In this document: in pieces, positions 26,462 to 40,812 of the stretch | How positions within the stretch are numbered: position 1 is the first letter of the stretch | Layout: the number at the start of each line of letters is the position of its first letter | Assembly: GCA_951406725.2 (NCBI GenBank) | Contig: OX597815.1 | Location: 158,968,001-159,032,000, forward strand | Direction of reading: 5' to 3' | Origin: Octopus vulgaris | Taxonomy: Eukaryota | DNA length: 64,000 nt | Program-made: the position numbers and the translations under genes | The notes under the pieces: generated by a model | Told to the model about the DNA's origin: nothing | The model's database searches: none | The model's input: only the letters and a program-made list of their open reading frames with translations

Positions 26462-26900
26462 ATATATATGTTTGTTTTTGTCTCTGTTTTTGTCTGCCCC
26501 CACCGCTTGACAACCGGTGTTGTTTTATCTATGTACCCCGTAACTTAGCGGTTCGGCAGAAATGGCTGATAGAATAAGTAACAGGCTTAAAAAAGTAACT
26601 TCTGGGATCAGTTCATTCGACTAAAAGTTCTTCAAGGCGGTGCCCCAGTGTGGCCGCAGTCTAATGACTGGAAAAAGTGAAAGATGAGAGGTATCTATCG
26701 ATCCATAACCTATAAGCTGATGTAAAAGGCAGTGAACAGGATTCACGTCCCAGACTGGTTCGGAAACCACTTCTTTGAGATATTAGAACAACTTCACTCT
26801 CAGATCGCTGCCGTTTCTACAACATCAGCATGGTACAAGATCGAGAAGGGTGTTATCAATAGATATACCATTTTACTGACATTTTTTGAGCGTGCAATGG
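24850..26900 (+). mobile_element. Decayed HERO/NeSL-like non-LTR retrotransposon interrupted by two family 2 SINEs (~25150-25530, ~26178-26690)
   Basis: Manual translation: HRRRQKERASKRTNF...GFTKQLL..KRS; KIFFSNLIRRL*DYFLKNTYIDTSVQKGDIPKVLGCLQH; VLWPYLAN, then after the SINE YRSITYKL...TTSAWYKIEKGVI (N-terminal RT motifs). Confidence 0.75.
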
Positions 26901-27024
26901 AAAAATTGAAACAGTTGGCTGAAAATGACTGGCCATAAAACATTGCAATTTCTCTTTAAGTGTATCACAAGCACCACATCATCTGCAAACTGAGTCACTG
27001 ATGAATACTTCACTCACTTTGTTG

Positions 27025-27098
<74 letters not shown>

Positions 27099-29701
27099 CA
27101 ACAACAACAACAACAATAATAATAATAATGATAATAATAATAATAAATATATATACATACATCTTATACACGAATGACAATTTCTGTTTATTGATCTGTC
27201 TACTACCAACTTGCTGCCTACACCAGTGAACCAATCTTGACGAAACTTTGCATACATGTTAAACTAACATCCAGCTCAATTATAGGCTAATTGGATTTCA
27301 ATAAACAATCTATAATGGGTCCCCTAGTGGGGTTGGGCTATCATTTGATAAAATGAGAAGGGTGCAAAGAGTGTTAGTGTGAAAGGAAGTGGTGGCATAG
27401 TGAGTGTGGCTGATATCAAGGAAGGAGAGAACAGCGTTGTGTAAGCGATAAATATGGAGTGGCAGTGGGATGAAATGTTAATACAGCTGTCATTCACGCG
27501 CGACGCTGCATACATACTTTCGTAAATACATAGATACATGAACACACACACACACACACATACACACACATACACATAACTAACTTTTAAAACGCCGAAG
27601 AAGGGAAAGAAAGGTGGGTGTGAGGAATACGTAGTTTTAAGGAGGGAGTGGTTAGGTGGCTTTTCTGCTGTCCATCGCAACGAAACACTCACATACATAC
27701 ACACACACACATACAAAAATATGTACACATGCATACGTACATACATACATATGTCTATTACACACCATTTAAAATTCGTTATTACCTGTGTGTACGTTTG
27801 TAAATGTGCGTGTGTGTGTTTGTGTTGTGTGTGTATGTGTGTTTGTGTTGTGTGTGTATGTGTGTGAGACGTCCTATAAATGTCTCTCTACTTTTGTGTG
27901 AAATTTTAAAAGTACGTCAAAATTTTCAAATTTGGTATATTGAAACAATTTTCCACGTTAGATCCGATTTTGGTACTTATTTGCTCCAGAAAAATTGCAG
28001 AAACATTTCACTGAAGTTTAAAGTTTAATTAATTTTACCTAATCAGAAAACAAGATTTGGAAGCTGGCATTTTCTGCTCGATAACTGTCTATCACAAAAT
28101 GAAAGTAAAATCATTACGAGGAGGAATTTTTACTAAACAAACGAGTACAAAGCATTACGACGACCAAAGTTGTAAGAACTTCTGAAATTTTAATAAGCTT
28201 TAATGAATAAAATCATGTGAAACGTTCGAACAGACATTTATAATATTGTAGATGATTAATGATTGAAGAAGTGCAGGACTGTGTCTAGTTTTTTTTTTTT
28301 TTCCCACGTTGTTGAAAAAAAGTCATGTTACTTTGAAGAAATTATAAATGAATATTAAAAAAGTATTCAAACTATAAAGGTTATTTGTATAGTAAACATA
28401 AATTATAATGCTTAATATTACATGATTCGCGTCTGTTTTAAATGTCAACTTCCGTTTGAATTCCATATGTAAACAGATAATTTTTTTAGCGTTCGTAAAA
28501 AATGTAATAAAGCGAAAAAACATGTAAATTAATTTTAACCGTATTACACTATGCAAAAAGCAACAATCCCTATCTATAAAATTGGTCATGCTATTACCCA
28601 GTCAATAATATCATCTCCATTACTTATTCTTAAAGCCTGTTATTTATTTTATCGATCTAAATTGTTTATAAAAATATTAACCCCGGTAAATGAAGAGGGT
28701 GTCTGCAAAGAAATTCTTTGTCTAAACGGAAATTCATTACTCTCTTTTAATTGAAATGTATTTACTGTATGCAGCACGGAATTTTGTCAGTGAACAGGTC
28801 GCGGTCTCAAAGCGACGAAAATATTTTGACAAATTAAACTTAAATGTTCAAATGAATCTAACGGTTTTGTGTGTTTCTTAAATGGCTTACAAACACCTTC
28901 CACGCTGCAATTGTTTTCGTTCCAGCACACGATCTCAGATCAGGTTACTTGCTATGCAAGTACATCTCCGTATTTAAGTTTCTTTTTAATTTATAATTTA
29001 TGTATCATATCTATATGTATATATAATATCAATATGCTATAATATCATATGCTAGCAGAAAACCGCCCTGCGTGCGGTTTTTCTGCTAGTGTAAATAAAT
29101 AATTTAAAAAGGAAAAAATCCTCAGCGAAGATTTTTTGCGAAAAATTACACAAATCTGTCCTGATCAAGAGGCCTATCTGTCGGTGAAGGCTTGATCTGA
29201 CATGGAATAAACAAAACTTTATATAAGATATTCTATTGTAAAAATTGCCCAGCAACAACGATATATACATACATACATACGTACATACTTACATACATAC
29301 GTGTGTGTGTGTGTGTGCGTGTGCGCGCGTGTGTGTGCATATGTGTGTGTACATATATGTAACATATGTAAACGTTTGTGTCTTTGTGTGTGTGTGTGTG
29401 TAAGTATATGTGTAAATTATGGCGGCAGAGCCGAAAGAAGGAAGAGAATTACAGGAAGAATGAAAACTAAAAAAAGAAAGGGAAAGATGAATGAACTAAG
29501 AAAGGGTTTAGGGGGAAAGAGAGGAGGGGAGAGAGAATAAGAAAGGAAGTGAGAAAGATGATTGCTGACATATATTCCAGGAGATGTCACTTGGAACATG
29601 TGTTCAAACACCATGTTAATTACTTGGTCATATTACTCCGTGATTAAATAACTATATATTAGTGTGTATATGCGCGTGCGTTTGTGTGCGTAACTGTACA
29701 A

Positions 29702-29702
<1 letters not shown>

Positions 29703-29795
<93 letters not shown>
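29703..29795. repeat. (TA)n microsatellite
   Basis: Directly visible. Confidence 0.97.
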
Positions 29796-29800
<5 letters not shown>

Positions 29801-29817
29801 TATATAAGTATATATAT

Positions 29818-29849
<32 letters not shown>

Positions 29850-30113
29850 AAGATAGATAGATAGAAAGATAGATACATAGGTGTAAGATATATATATGTA
29901 TATGTATGCATGTATGTATGTATTTACACATCTACATTATCTTTGTGTGTGTTTATCTCCATCTCTCTTCCTCTCTCTCCTCACACACGTACGCGTACAT
30001 ACACACACACATACACACACGCATACACAGAGGTACACAGACACACTCATATATCCAGCATGCCCGCATTCAAATGACTAAGACAAGTAAAAGAATTGAA
30101 TAAAAGAAAAAAA

Positions 30114-30170
<57 letters not shown>

Positions 30171-30371
30171 CACTCACTCATTCACGCTCACACGCACGTA
30201 TATACAAATATATATATTCACTCCTACACACATAAAAGACACATATATATACGTACATACAAGCTCACATACATGCAGATACACACACCGACTTACGTAC
30301 AAAGATTTGTGTATGGGTGTATGGGTGTATGGGTGTATTAATGTTTCTGCATATGCATACGTGTATGCGCA

Positions 30372-30402
<31 letters not shown>

Positions 30403-30789
30403 GTGTGCGCGCGCCTGCGTACGGTGGTATGCCCATGTGTTGTTGTGTTGCAGTGAATGTTTCCGCTCACGCGTAGTCTCATCTGCTAGTTTACACGGCC
30501 ACATATGTAAGAATAAGCAACATTATGTGTGTGTCTTATGTAAATCACTTTTAAATCCACAGTTTAGGTTTCGTTTTGACTGTTCTTATTTTCATTTAAT
30601 GACTTCAACAGCGCTGGTTGTAAGTTCGGTTTGCTACTTTTCTTTAAATGGCGCCAAAGCTGTTTCCTTTCAGAAATGGAGTGTATCCTGTCTAGACACC
30701 AGGTGAATGAATATAAGAGTTTTTTTCTCGTTAATTTCATGGAAAATTATTATTGCCATTATTATCATCAGCGCCGTCAACTCAAACAT

Positions 30790-31093
30790 CATCAACGATG
30801 TTGTTGTTGTTGTTGTTGTTGTTGTCGTTGCTGTCGTCGTGGTCATTGTCTTTGTCATCATGGCTCGCTCACTTCTATGGGACCACCACCCCCACCGCCA
30901 CCACCACTCCACCACCTTTTCCTCCCTGCTCCCGTTCTCTCCCTCCTTTCTGTTCCTCCCGCTTCTCCTCTTTTTGCTCATCCTTACCCCACCCCCTCAT
31001 CATCACCATGCCCTTCACTCCTATGTCATGTTTGTCATTATGATCATAATCTCATCATACTCCTCCTCGTCGTAATCATCATCATCACCGTCG

Positions 31094-31143
<50 letters not shown>

Positions 31144-31290
31144 GTCATCACCCTCGTCGTCGTCGTCCCGATTATCGCCTCCAGAATCCACCAGAATTGT
31201 CATCAGTCTTTTGTCATAACAATTAGCGCGCTATCCAACGTCGTCGTTATCATCATCATCGTCATCGTCATCATCATCATCATCATCATC

Positions 31291-31345
<55 letters not shown>

Positions 31346-31406
31346 CCACTACCACCATCATCATCACCAGCATCATCATCATCATCACCATCATTATCAT
31401 CATCAC

Positions 31407-31459
<53 letters not shown>

Positions 31460-31720
31460 CCATCATCATCATGTTCATCGTCATCATCATCGTTCTCATC
31501 GTCATCGTCATCATCAACAGCCGAGCTGTCGTCACTGTTTTCATCATAATTACCATTACCTTCAGCAGCAGCATCATTATCATCATCCTCGCCATCTCCA
31601 TCATTTTCTTCACCACTACCACCACCACCACCGCCGCCACCACCACCGCCACCACGCGTCCATCTCCATCATTACTGCCACCAACATCGTTTTCATCCAC
31701 ATCTTTGCCAACATCGTCAA

Positions 31721-31778
<58 letters not shown>

Positions 31779-31850
31779 GCCGCTGTTGTCTTCGTCGTCG
31801 TTGTCGTCTTTAACATAGTGGCTGGCATTACCATCATCATTACCATTGTC
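30790..31850. repeat. ~1-kb compound trinucleotide low-complexity tract (TGT/CAT/CAC/CGT)
   Basis: Directly visible; produces the 395-aa poly-C/P/I/T/S ORF. Confidence 0.95.
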
Positions 31851-32084
31851 TTCAGCCTTTTATTTTCTCAATATCCTGTTTAGTCATTTACATTGCTTTT
31901 AAGTCTTTAACAAATAATCATGTTTTTAAGTGGTTGCGATTTGCACATTGCATCCTCGCCACTTCATCTGCATTTCTCTCTTCTTCTCTCTCTATGCCTA
32001 TCAGTTTGTCTGCCTGTCTCTCCCCGCCCTCTCTGACGGAGATACATAAATACGGGTGCACTTGCACACAAGTATATCTTAGAT

Positions 32085-33003
32085 TGAAACGATAGGATTG
32101 TGTTTGCAAAATTTCGTTCTGGTAACTTCGACCTCACAAATGAGCAGAAGCAAATGTGGATAATGACGAACTGAAAGCCACTGTCGAGTCAGATCCATCT
32201 CAAATTGCTCGTGAATCGCTGTTGTTGTTTGCTGTTAGCAAGCAAACAATATTGACTCACCTAGTTCAAATCCGTAAAGTAAAACAGTTGGATAAGTGGG
32301 TTCCACATGAACTCAATGAAAATCAGAAACAGCAATGTTTGGAAGCCTGCATTATACTACTTTCACGTCACAAATTTTAATATGTGATGAGAAATGGATT
32401 CAATACAACAACCGCAAAGGGTCAGCACAATGGTTGAACAAAGACGAGCCACCAAAACAGTCCAAAAAGCAAAATTCACCAAAAAAAGCTGATGGTGTGT
32501 GTTTGGTTGTCTGGTGCAGGTGTGATCCATTATGATTTCATTAAACCTGGCTCATCAATCACGGCCGAAGTATACTGCAGAATGATGCAGAAACTTACAA
32601 AAAAAAAAAAAAGAAAGAAAGAAACGGCCTAGATTAGTCAAGAGATCCATTCCTATTTTATTTCAAGATACGCCAGTCCATACATTGGTGAAACTACTGT
32701 AGTTGGAGTTGGAAGTTCTCCATCATCCACCATACTCACCCCCGACTGACTACCACTTCTTCCAGAATTTGGATAACTTGTTGATAGGAAAAATATTTAA
32801 TTCCGACGATGCTGTAAAACAGGCCTTAAAAGATTTTATTGCCATGCTTTTACAGTTCCGGGCTGAACAAGCTACTGCTGAAATGGCAAAATTGTATTGA
32901 CAATAAGGGTGCATACTTTGATGAATAAAACTATTCCTTGTATTTATAAAACATTAGCAAACTTTTTTTTTCTTTTCTACAAATTTCATACTTAACGACC
33001 TAA
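32085..33003 (+). mobile_element. Mariner transposase pseudogene with probable right TIR
   Basis: Motifs WVPHEL, ICDEKWIQYNN and LHHPPYSP.TDYHFF lie in different frames with stops and deletions; ends ...TTTCATACTTAACGACCTAATA. Confidence 0.92.
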
Positions 33004-33004
33004 T

Positions 33005-33600
33005 AATAATAATCCTTTCTTCTAAAGACACAAGGGCTGAAATTTGCGAGGAGAGGGATAGTCGATTACATCGACCCTATTGTTTCACTGGTACTTAATG
33101 TATCGATCCCGAAAAGATGAATGGCAAAGTCGACCTCTGCGGAATCTGAACTCAGACGAAATTCCACCAACCATTTTCTTCCACGTGCTAACGATTCTGC
33201 TGGCGTAATAATAATAATCCTTTCTACTGAAGGCACCAGGCCATGACATTTGGGGTAGGGGGCGGAATAGTCGATTATATCGTCCCCAGTGTTTCACTGT
33301 TATTTAATTTATCGACCCCGACCTTGGCGGAATTTGAACTCAGAACGTAGCGTCAGACGAAATACCTATTTCTTTACTACCCTCAAGGGGCTAAACCCAA
33401 AGGAGACAAACAAGGACACACAAACGGATTAAGTCGATTATATCAACACCAGTGCGTAACTGATACTTATTTAATCGACCCCGAAAGGATAAAATGCAAA
33501 GTCGACCTCGGCGGAATTTGAACTCAGAAAGTAACGGCAGACGAAATACGGCTACGAATTTCGCCCGGTGTGCTAACGTTTCTGCCAGCTCGCCGCCTTA
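33005..33600 (-). mobile_element. Family 3 SINE tandem cluster
   Basis: Repeated GACCCCGAAAGGAT...AAAGTCGACCTCGGCGGAATTTGAACTCAG units. Confidence 0.85.
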
Positions 33601-35965
33601 ATAACAACAACAACAATAGTAGTAGTTTCTGATTTAGGCCAACAAATTTGAGGAGAGGGAATAAGTCAGCTCGATTGTCTAATCGTTGATGACGCATGCC
33701 CAAAGTGCTGAACCCGAAGCCCTGTTGGCACAAAACAAGCTCCTTATCTCACAGCTATGCCTCTAACTGTAGAGTACAGAAAAGGAACTGGATTTCTAGT
33801 ATATTCAAAAATAACTTGCAGTACTTGTAACGCAAAAGAGAGGAAGATAAACAAATACAGAAGCCTGACCAACCGCTATATGTTTAATCCAGTCGCTGCC
33901 GGGACCTCGGGTTTTCTCGGACTCCGCAACTGCTGATTTCCTCCACAAAATCGGGATAATGAGAAATTATCCCCGCTAGGTGGAGAGACTGATGCAGCGA
34001 GTGTCGCTGACCATTCTCCGCAGTAACGAAACCGGTGAAACTGGCACAAAAAAAATGTTTTGTATAAATTGTTGCGTGTCGACATCTGCAGCAAAGACAC
34101 GAACAAATAGATTCTTGGAGGCTGAAGTTCTAAGGGGGAAGTACTTGGCATATTGGTTAGTATATATAAAAACCAGCTTAGAGAAGAAGAAGAAACGAAA
34201 CGAAACCAAACGAATCGAATCGAATCGACGCGAAGGCGCTCAGTCATACAATAGTGTAATAAATAAAATATATGCATACATACAAACATATATATACGTA
34301 CCTACAATCTACATGTATATATACATGCATATATAAATATATATACGTGTGTACAGGACACCACAAAAACGTGTTGTGGATAGAACAAGGGTGATTAGAG
34401 GAAGAGAGACGAGTGAGTCGAGAAGGTCTGAGTGGAGGTGGCACTAGACTAACTGACTCCGAAGTATAAAGATTATTATAAGTAGCTTCAGAAAAGGCAG
34501 AGAGAGAGAGGTGGGGCAGGAAAACTGTAAGTCAGAAGCTGAAGCATATCTGTAGGTGACTGGATGTAGTCTTTGATGTCTGTATATGTAGCAGCAGTAC
34601 CATTCCAGATGTGAGAGAAATAAACCAGTGCAAGTATCACTTATTCGTGGAAATCTAGTGTTCATCACTTCAGGTGGTGTTTGCTTATAAAAGAAATATA
34701 GTCATTTTTGCCTGATCTATGAGTTAATAGAGATGTGATTACTTCTAATGGATACATCTGATCATCGGACTTCAAGCTGTGTAAGATTTTAGTCTTGAGT
34801 AGATGTGTGTATACGTATGAGTGCGTGTGTAATGTATATGTGATATTAAAGAAATAGTTTTTTTACACTTACTCTTATACTTGTGTCAGTCGTTATTTTA
34901 TCAAATATCACCTCAAACTTTATTTTTTAAAAGTGCCCTCATTACAATCTAGGAAGGAATATACGTTCTGTTTAATTTAAACTGTTAGCTCTATTCCCTC
35001 CTTTCTTATTCACTCTAATGTCTCCTATTGTCCAGTATCACTTTGCATCTGATCCACTGTCGCTCTCTGACCCATTACTTGTGTTCTTACCATCTGGGTG
35101 GTCGCAACGGCGACATTTATAGCTAACACATGCTCTCTGTGATTGACATTGCTGTATATTCCAGCCAGACTTTAGGTCTCCATACTAAGTTATAGGTGAT
35201 TTATTATCAGGCTTATTCATCTTCAATGAAAGCATTGCACTGATTCTTTCCAACACAGACCACCGCTGGCCTTCTTAAACTATAGTGCTCATGGAGGGCC
35301 TTTGGGTACAACTTTCAGACCAAAAAGCAAAACAACACAAAATTAATGATATTATTCGATGAATCATCTGAAAAATTGGTGTGTAAAAGAATGTCCTTTT
35401 AGCAGCAATTGTGAACAATTCAAATTGTTTGCAGGTTTATATTTTTAGCTATAAATTGTTGTTGATGTTTGGCTTTAGAGCGTTTCTGATCGGTAATATT
35501 TATAACCAATGGCGTTACAGCCAAAGGCGTTCCATCTTTTTATCTTCTTTTTTTTTTTTTTTTTTTCAGGTTTCACCTAACTCGGTCAGCATCATCCAAT
35601 GTATTCTTCTAGTATCAAGACAGTAGGATGCGTTTTAAGAGAGATTTGGTTGCTATTTTTATGCCTTCAATTCCTATGCATTCAACGTCGCAGCCTATGG
35701 CAAGACGGTTGATGTCATCTAGTTGGTATTCAACTTACTATCAGAAAAATCAATTCTCGAAAAGTTACGTTTCACAAAAATGAAAGAAAATTCGTTCAAA
35801 TTATATTTTTCAGAAGACCATAAAAATATACTAAACGTTTCATAACTTCATTTAACATAATCGTTGTTAAGTCCACCAGAAAAATAAAAGTCACTTGTCG
35901 GTAACCAAAAGTTGTTTTTACAAACGATGAAAATAGTATTCAAGAATATTTTTAATATAATCTAT

Positions 35966-36370
35966 GCGCAGGAGTGGCTGTGTGGTAAATAGCTTGCTTA
36001 CCAACCACATGGTCCCGGGTTCAGTCCCACTGCGTGGCACCTTGAGCAAGTGTCGTCTACTATAGCCTCGGGCCGACCAAAGCCTTGTGAGTGGATTTGG
36101 TAGATGGAAACTGAAAGGATCCCGTTGTATATGTATCTATATATATGTGTGTGTGTGTGTGTGTTTGTTTGTTTGTGTGTCTGTTTGTCCCCCAGCATCG
36201 CTTGACAACCGATGCTGGTGTGTTTACATCCCCGTAACTTAGCGGTTCGGCAAAAGAGACCGATAGAATAAGTAATAGGCTTACGAAGAATAAGCTCTGG
36301 GGTCGATTTGCTCGACTATGAAGGCGGTGCTCCAGCATGGCCGCAGTCAAATGACTGAAACAAGTAAAAC
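35966..36370 (+). mobile_element. Family 2 tRNA-SINE, full length
   Basis: GCGCAGGAGTGGCTGTGTGGTAA...ATGACTGAAACAAGTAAAA. Confidence 0.9.
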
Positions 36371-36884
36371 AGTATGCATTTATACATGCACGGACTTCAT
36401 GTATATGCAAATAGTATATACAGTACCATACCGATATACACGCATACACACAAAATAACCAAGTGCACACAAATCTCCCTCTGTATCTTTTACTTATACA
36501 TACTCTCTTACATATACATGAACGCAATTTGTGTATGCATATATAACACTTAACCGTGCGTTAGTCACCTCGGATTTCTGAAAATGGATAGTCCCCTGGG
36601 GTGTTTTTACACAGCCCAAAACAAAAATGCGTATAGTTTTACAATTATGTAAAATATTGTCATACTGCTGAAAATAATTACATAACAGGCAATCTCCGTT
36701 ACAATTTACATTAAGTCAAAACTTGAACTGAAGATATAATTATTCATTGAAATGAAATTTGTAATAAATTTGCTGCATAAATGTCTTGTAAATTGTAGAT
36801 GCAACACCACAATACAATGATAGACAAAAGTTTTATTCATCAAAAATAGCCACAATATATTTCTATGAAATGGAATGAAAAAAA

Positions 36885-37269
36885 TCTCTCTATATATAAA
36901 TATAAACGGCAGTTTGTCTGTCTGCGTGTCTGTGTGTCTGTTAGGTTGTACCCTCACCCTGACCACGGCTTTCAACCGATTCTGATGAAACTTGACACAC
37001 ACATAGCCCAATGTCATAATTCAAAACTAACGCAGCGAAAATTTTGAAAAGTTCCCCCAGTTCTGAAAAAATCGATAAATTCGACATGGGGTCGAGAATC
37101 AGAAACACAAACCACAGACTGTCTAGGGGACGCAACTCGACCTTTTTAACTCTTAAATTTACCATAATTTCTTTTTCCATTTTTTTGCTATTTTTTGGCT
37201 ATAACTCTCTAAAAATGCTTTATAGTTATTTCCCTTACAAACCCGAGCAACGCCGGGCGATACTGCTAG
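36885..37269 (+). mobile_element. Non-autonomous Helitron-like element (different 5' body, same 3' end as 6571-6945)
   Basis: A|TC...CCCGAGCAACGCCGGGCGATACTGCTAG|T. Confidence 0.82.
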
Positions 37270-37636
37270 TAAGTAGATAAATGTGAGCTCATTATATAAC
37301 CATTACCGATTCGCCACCGGTTACTACATTCTTGTAATTTGTGAAACTCACAATCATCTTACTGTGATTACTGCAAACATGTTTACCGCAAGCGCTGCAC
37401 ACTGTTTCCACCTTTCGATCTTTTGACCTGGCACAAAATGTACATCTCTTGCTTGGCTGTGAGGCAGTAGAGATTGTTACAGCTGAGGTCAACACAACAG
37501 TATTGTAATAACAGCTCCGAGATTTGTTTGCTGGCGAATGATCTAGAGTCTCCTCTTTCAAAGTGTCCTCCATAAAACTGAGCTACAATTGTGCCACGCC
37601 GCCTGTTACACATCCTCACTGAATCAGGAGAATTGT

Positions 37637-38023
37637 GTGGAAGCACTCCGTCAGTTACGACGATGAGGGTTCCTGTTGATCCGAATCAACGGAACAGCCT
37701 GCTCGTGAAATTAACGTGTAAGTGGCTGAGCACTCCACAGACACGTGCACCCTTAACGTAGTTCTCGGGGATATTCAGCGTGACACAGAGAGTGACAAGG
37801 CTGGCCCCTTGAAATACAGGTACAACAGAAACAGGAAGTAAGAGTGAGAGAAAGTTGTGGTGAAAGAGTACAGCAGGGATCACCACCATCTCCTGCCGGA
37901 GCCTCGTGGAGCTTTTAGGTGTTTTCGCTCAATAAACACTCACAGCGCCCGGTCTGGGAATCGAAACCGCGATCCTATGACCGCGAGTCCGCTGCCCTAA
38001 CCACTGGGCCATTGCGTCTCCAC
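37637..38023 (-). mobile_element. Family 1 SINE, full length
   Basis: TSD AGGAGAATTGT at 37626-37636 and 38024-38034; intact tRNA-like head. Confidence 0.92.
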
Positions 38024-38319
38024 AGGAGAATTGTAGGAGGGAGCACAAGAAACAAGTTGCCTGCAAAGAATTACGAGCACTTAAAAATTTTGAGGGTAAT
38101 AAAACACCTTATATGACTAACTCAGGGTTAATAATTGACTTCTCATTTCTAAAGTTACAGCGGAACAAGAGAGGAGAATGATCTATAGAGAAACCTAATA
38201 TATCATGAAAATTTCCAAATTTCTCTCAAGTTGGCATTGTCAGCATGAATATAATGTTTTGCTACCTCCATATTCCATTGAATGGAACCCTCTTTCTTTT
38301 CACAGTTCATATATTTTAA

Positions 38320-39625
38320 TCCTTACTTCTATAGGCACAAGGCCTAACAGTTTGAGGGAGGGGGCTAGTCGATTAAGGCACAAGGCCTCAAATTTTAGTG
38401 GGGCTAGTCGATTACATTGACCCCAGTGCTGAACTGGTACTTTATTTCATCGATCCCGAAAGGGTGAAAGTCAAAGTCGACCTCGGCGGAATTTGAACTT
38501 AGAATGTCAAAGCAGACGTAATATCTGTTTCTTTATTACTCACAAGGAGCTAGACATAGAGGGGACAGACAAGGACAGACACACGGATTAAGCTGATTAC
38601 GACGACTTCAGTACGTAACTGGTACTTAATTTATCGACCCCGAAAGGATGAAAGGCAAAGTCGACCTCGGCGGAATTTGAACTCAGAACGTAACGGCAGA
38701 CGAAATACGGCTACGCATTTCGCCCGGCATGCTAACGATTCTGCCAGCTCGCCGCCTTTCATATAATTAACAATAGCAATAATTCTTTTCTACTCTAGTC
38801 ACGCAGCCAGAAAATTTAGTGTGAGCGGATCAGCCGATTACACTGATCCCACTGTTCAACTGGTACTCTTTTTCTCGGCCTCCAGTGGATGAAAGGCAAA
38901 GTTGATTCCACTGAGGTTATCTCGAGGTTGATTAGTCTAGTACCTCAGTACTAAACCGCGGTACTAGACTAATCCTCACCCACTAAAATTACTAGTCTTA
39001 TGCCAAAATTTGATACAATTAGTAATAATAATATTATTAATGGTTTTAAAATTTAGCACAATGCCAGCAATTTCGTGGGTCGGATAAGTTAATTACAGTG
39101 CTCAACTGTACTTATTTTATCGACACCAAAAAGATGAAGGTTAAGGTCACAACATCAGAATTTCAATTTAGAATGTAAAGACAGAAGAAATACTGCTAAG
39201 CATTTTGTTCGGCATGCTAACGATTCTGCTAACTCACCGCCCTAAATGTTAATAATGGTTTCAAATTTTGTCCCAGACCCAGCAATTTTTCAAGGAAAGG
39301 TGAAGTCTATTACATCAACACTATTATTTGACTGGTACTTATGTCATCGACCCCGAAAGGATGAAGGCGAAGTCGATTTCGGCAGAATACCTATTTCTTT
39401 ACTACCCACAAGGGGCTAAACACAGAGAGGACAAACAAGGACAGACAAACGGATTAAGTCGATTACATCGCCCCCATTGCATAACTGGTACTTATTTTAT
39501 CGACCCCGAAAGGATGAAAGGCAAAGTCGACCTCGGCGGAATTTGAACTCAGGACGTAACTGCAGACGAAATACGGCTACGCATTTCGTCCGGCGTGCTA
39601 ACGTTTCTGCCAGCTCACCGCCTTT
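38320..39625 (-). mobile_element. Family 3 SINE tandem cluster
   Basis: At least five old and young units in the same orientation. Confidence 0.83.
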
Positions 39626-40776
39626 CACCGAATTTTTAAAAACAACAACAACAAGGATGATGATGATGATGATGATTTATTATTTTACTCTTGCACTTTC
39701 TTGAATAAATTATTTATTTCGCAATCTTGTACTATAATTGCTGTGTCAATATATTTTGAATGTTTCCTTCTAAGAAACAACGACTAGGTTTGTTTAGATG
39801 TTAAAGATCCGTTTTTGTCGGCACAAGACCACCCATTCAAACCATTTCATTTACAAGGAGAGCGAACAAAGACAAAATATATTATATATTACCAACTCTA
39901 CTCCCAATTCTACACCCAACTGTATTCTGTACTATTTTACCATGACTTTAAACCCCACCTTACTCAATACTAACTGTTCTTAATATATGAAAGAAAAAAA
40001 ATAAAAGAATTTTTTCAAATGTCAAAAAATGTAGCCGTATTTAAAGAAAAGGCACTTTAACTTCAAATTTTGTCTCTTCTTTGTTCCCCCCCATCTTTTG
40101 TCTTTTCTAAAAATATATTCAAGAAACGCTATTTTGATGGCTCCATATGTTAAGTTTCTTCTTTCTCTGTTGAGTATTATGTGCAGCTTTCTAGAGCCAC
40201 CAGCTTGCTAAATTAGCCATCAGAATTCGTTCAAGTGAAATGTAAGTATTTCTTTGCTCGCTACTTTAGTCACATAACAAAGAATTCGTGCACAGCAACT
40301 TTACAAATGCGGTTACATGCCCTTTCGCTTAAGAAATGCGCATCTAAAAATCACCGAAGTTGCTGCAGATGTTTAGACCTTACAATCTCTAATGATCTGA
40401 CATGGCGACCTTATATTAATTTCTTTAGAGATTTCACTCATTGAACTGCGGCCATTCTAGAGCACCATCCTCAAATCAACCCCAGTTTGGTAATTCTTTA
40501 ATCGAATACAATTTATCGAACTGCTATCTTACGAGGCATAAGATACATCACAAGCATTGAGTCGGTGTAAACAAAAACTCAGAAATACATTCATACGTGT
40601 ATAATTAATTAATGTTTAAAATACAGTGACCATTCCATATAAAATAATATTTCTCATAGAGAAAAATTTTGATTTTTTGATTAACTATAACCGAAGCAGA
40701 TTTCGAAAAAAAAAAAAATCCGCTTTTTTTCACACCGTGTCGGAGACTTTCTATGACATATTCACATACATACACA

Positions 40777-40812
<36 letters not shown>

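Larger units (their letters stand above)
36554..38127 (-). mobile_element. Internally deleted piggyBac with two nested insertions
   Basis: TTAA at 36550-36553 and 38128-38131; TIRs CCGTGCGTTAGTCA and CCCTGAGTTAGTCA (12/14); C-terminal cysteine-rich domain KRCTFCARSKDRKVETVCSACGKHVCSNHS in ORF 37292-37573. Confidence 0.85.

Noticed and set aside
30631-31818. 395-aa ORF, the longest in the track
   Set aside because: It consists of trinucleotide repeats lacking stops (poly-C/P/I/T/S), with no domain or splice evidence.
33985-34045. CTGATGC...hairpin...GAAACCGGTG as a hammerhead
   Set aside because: Core A9 is missing, the stem is not adjacent to GAAA, the triplet would end in G, and there is no stem I.
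37960-38023. tRNA-like sequences at SINE heads as tRNA genes
   Set aside because: They continue into SINE bodies with TSDs and lack a complete acceptor stem.
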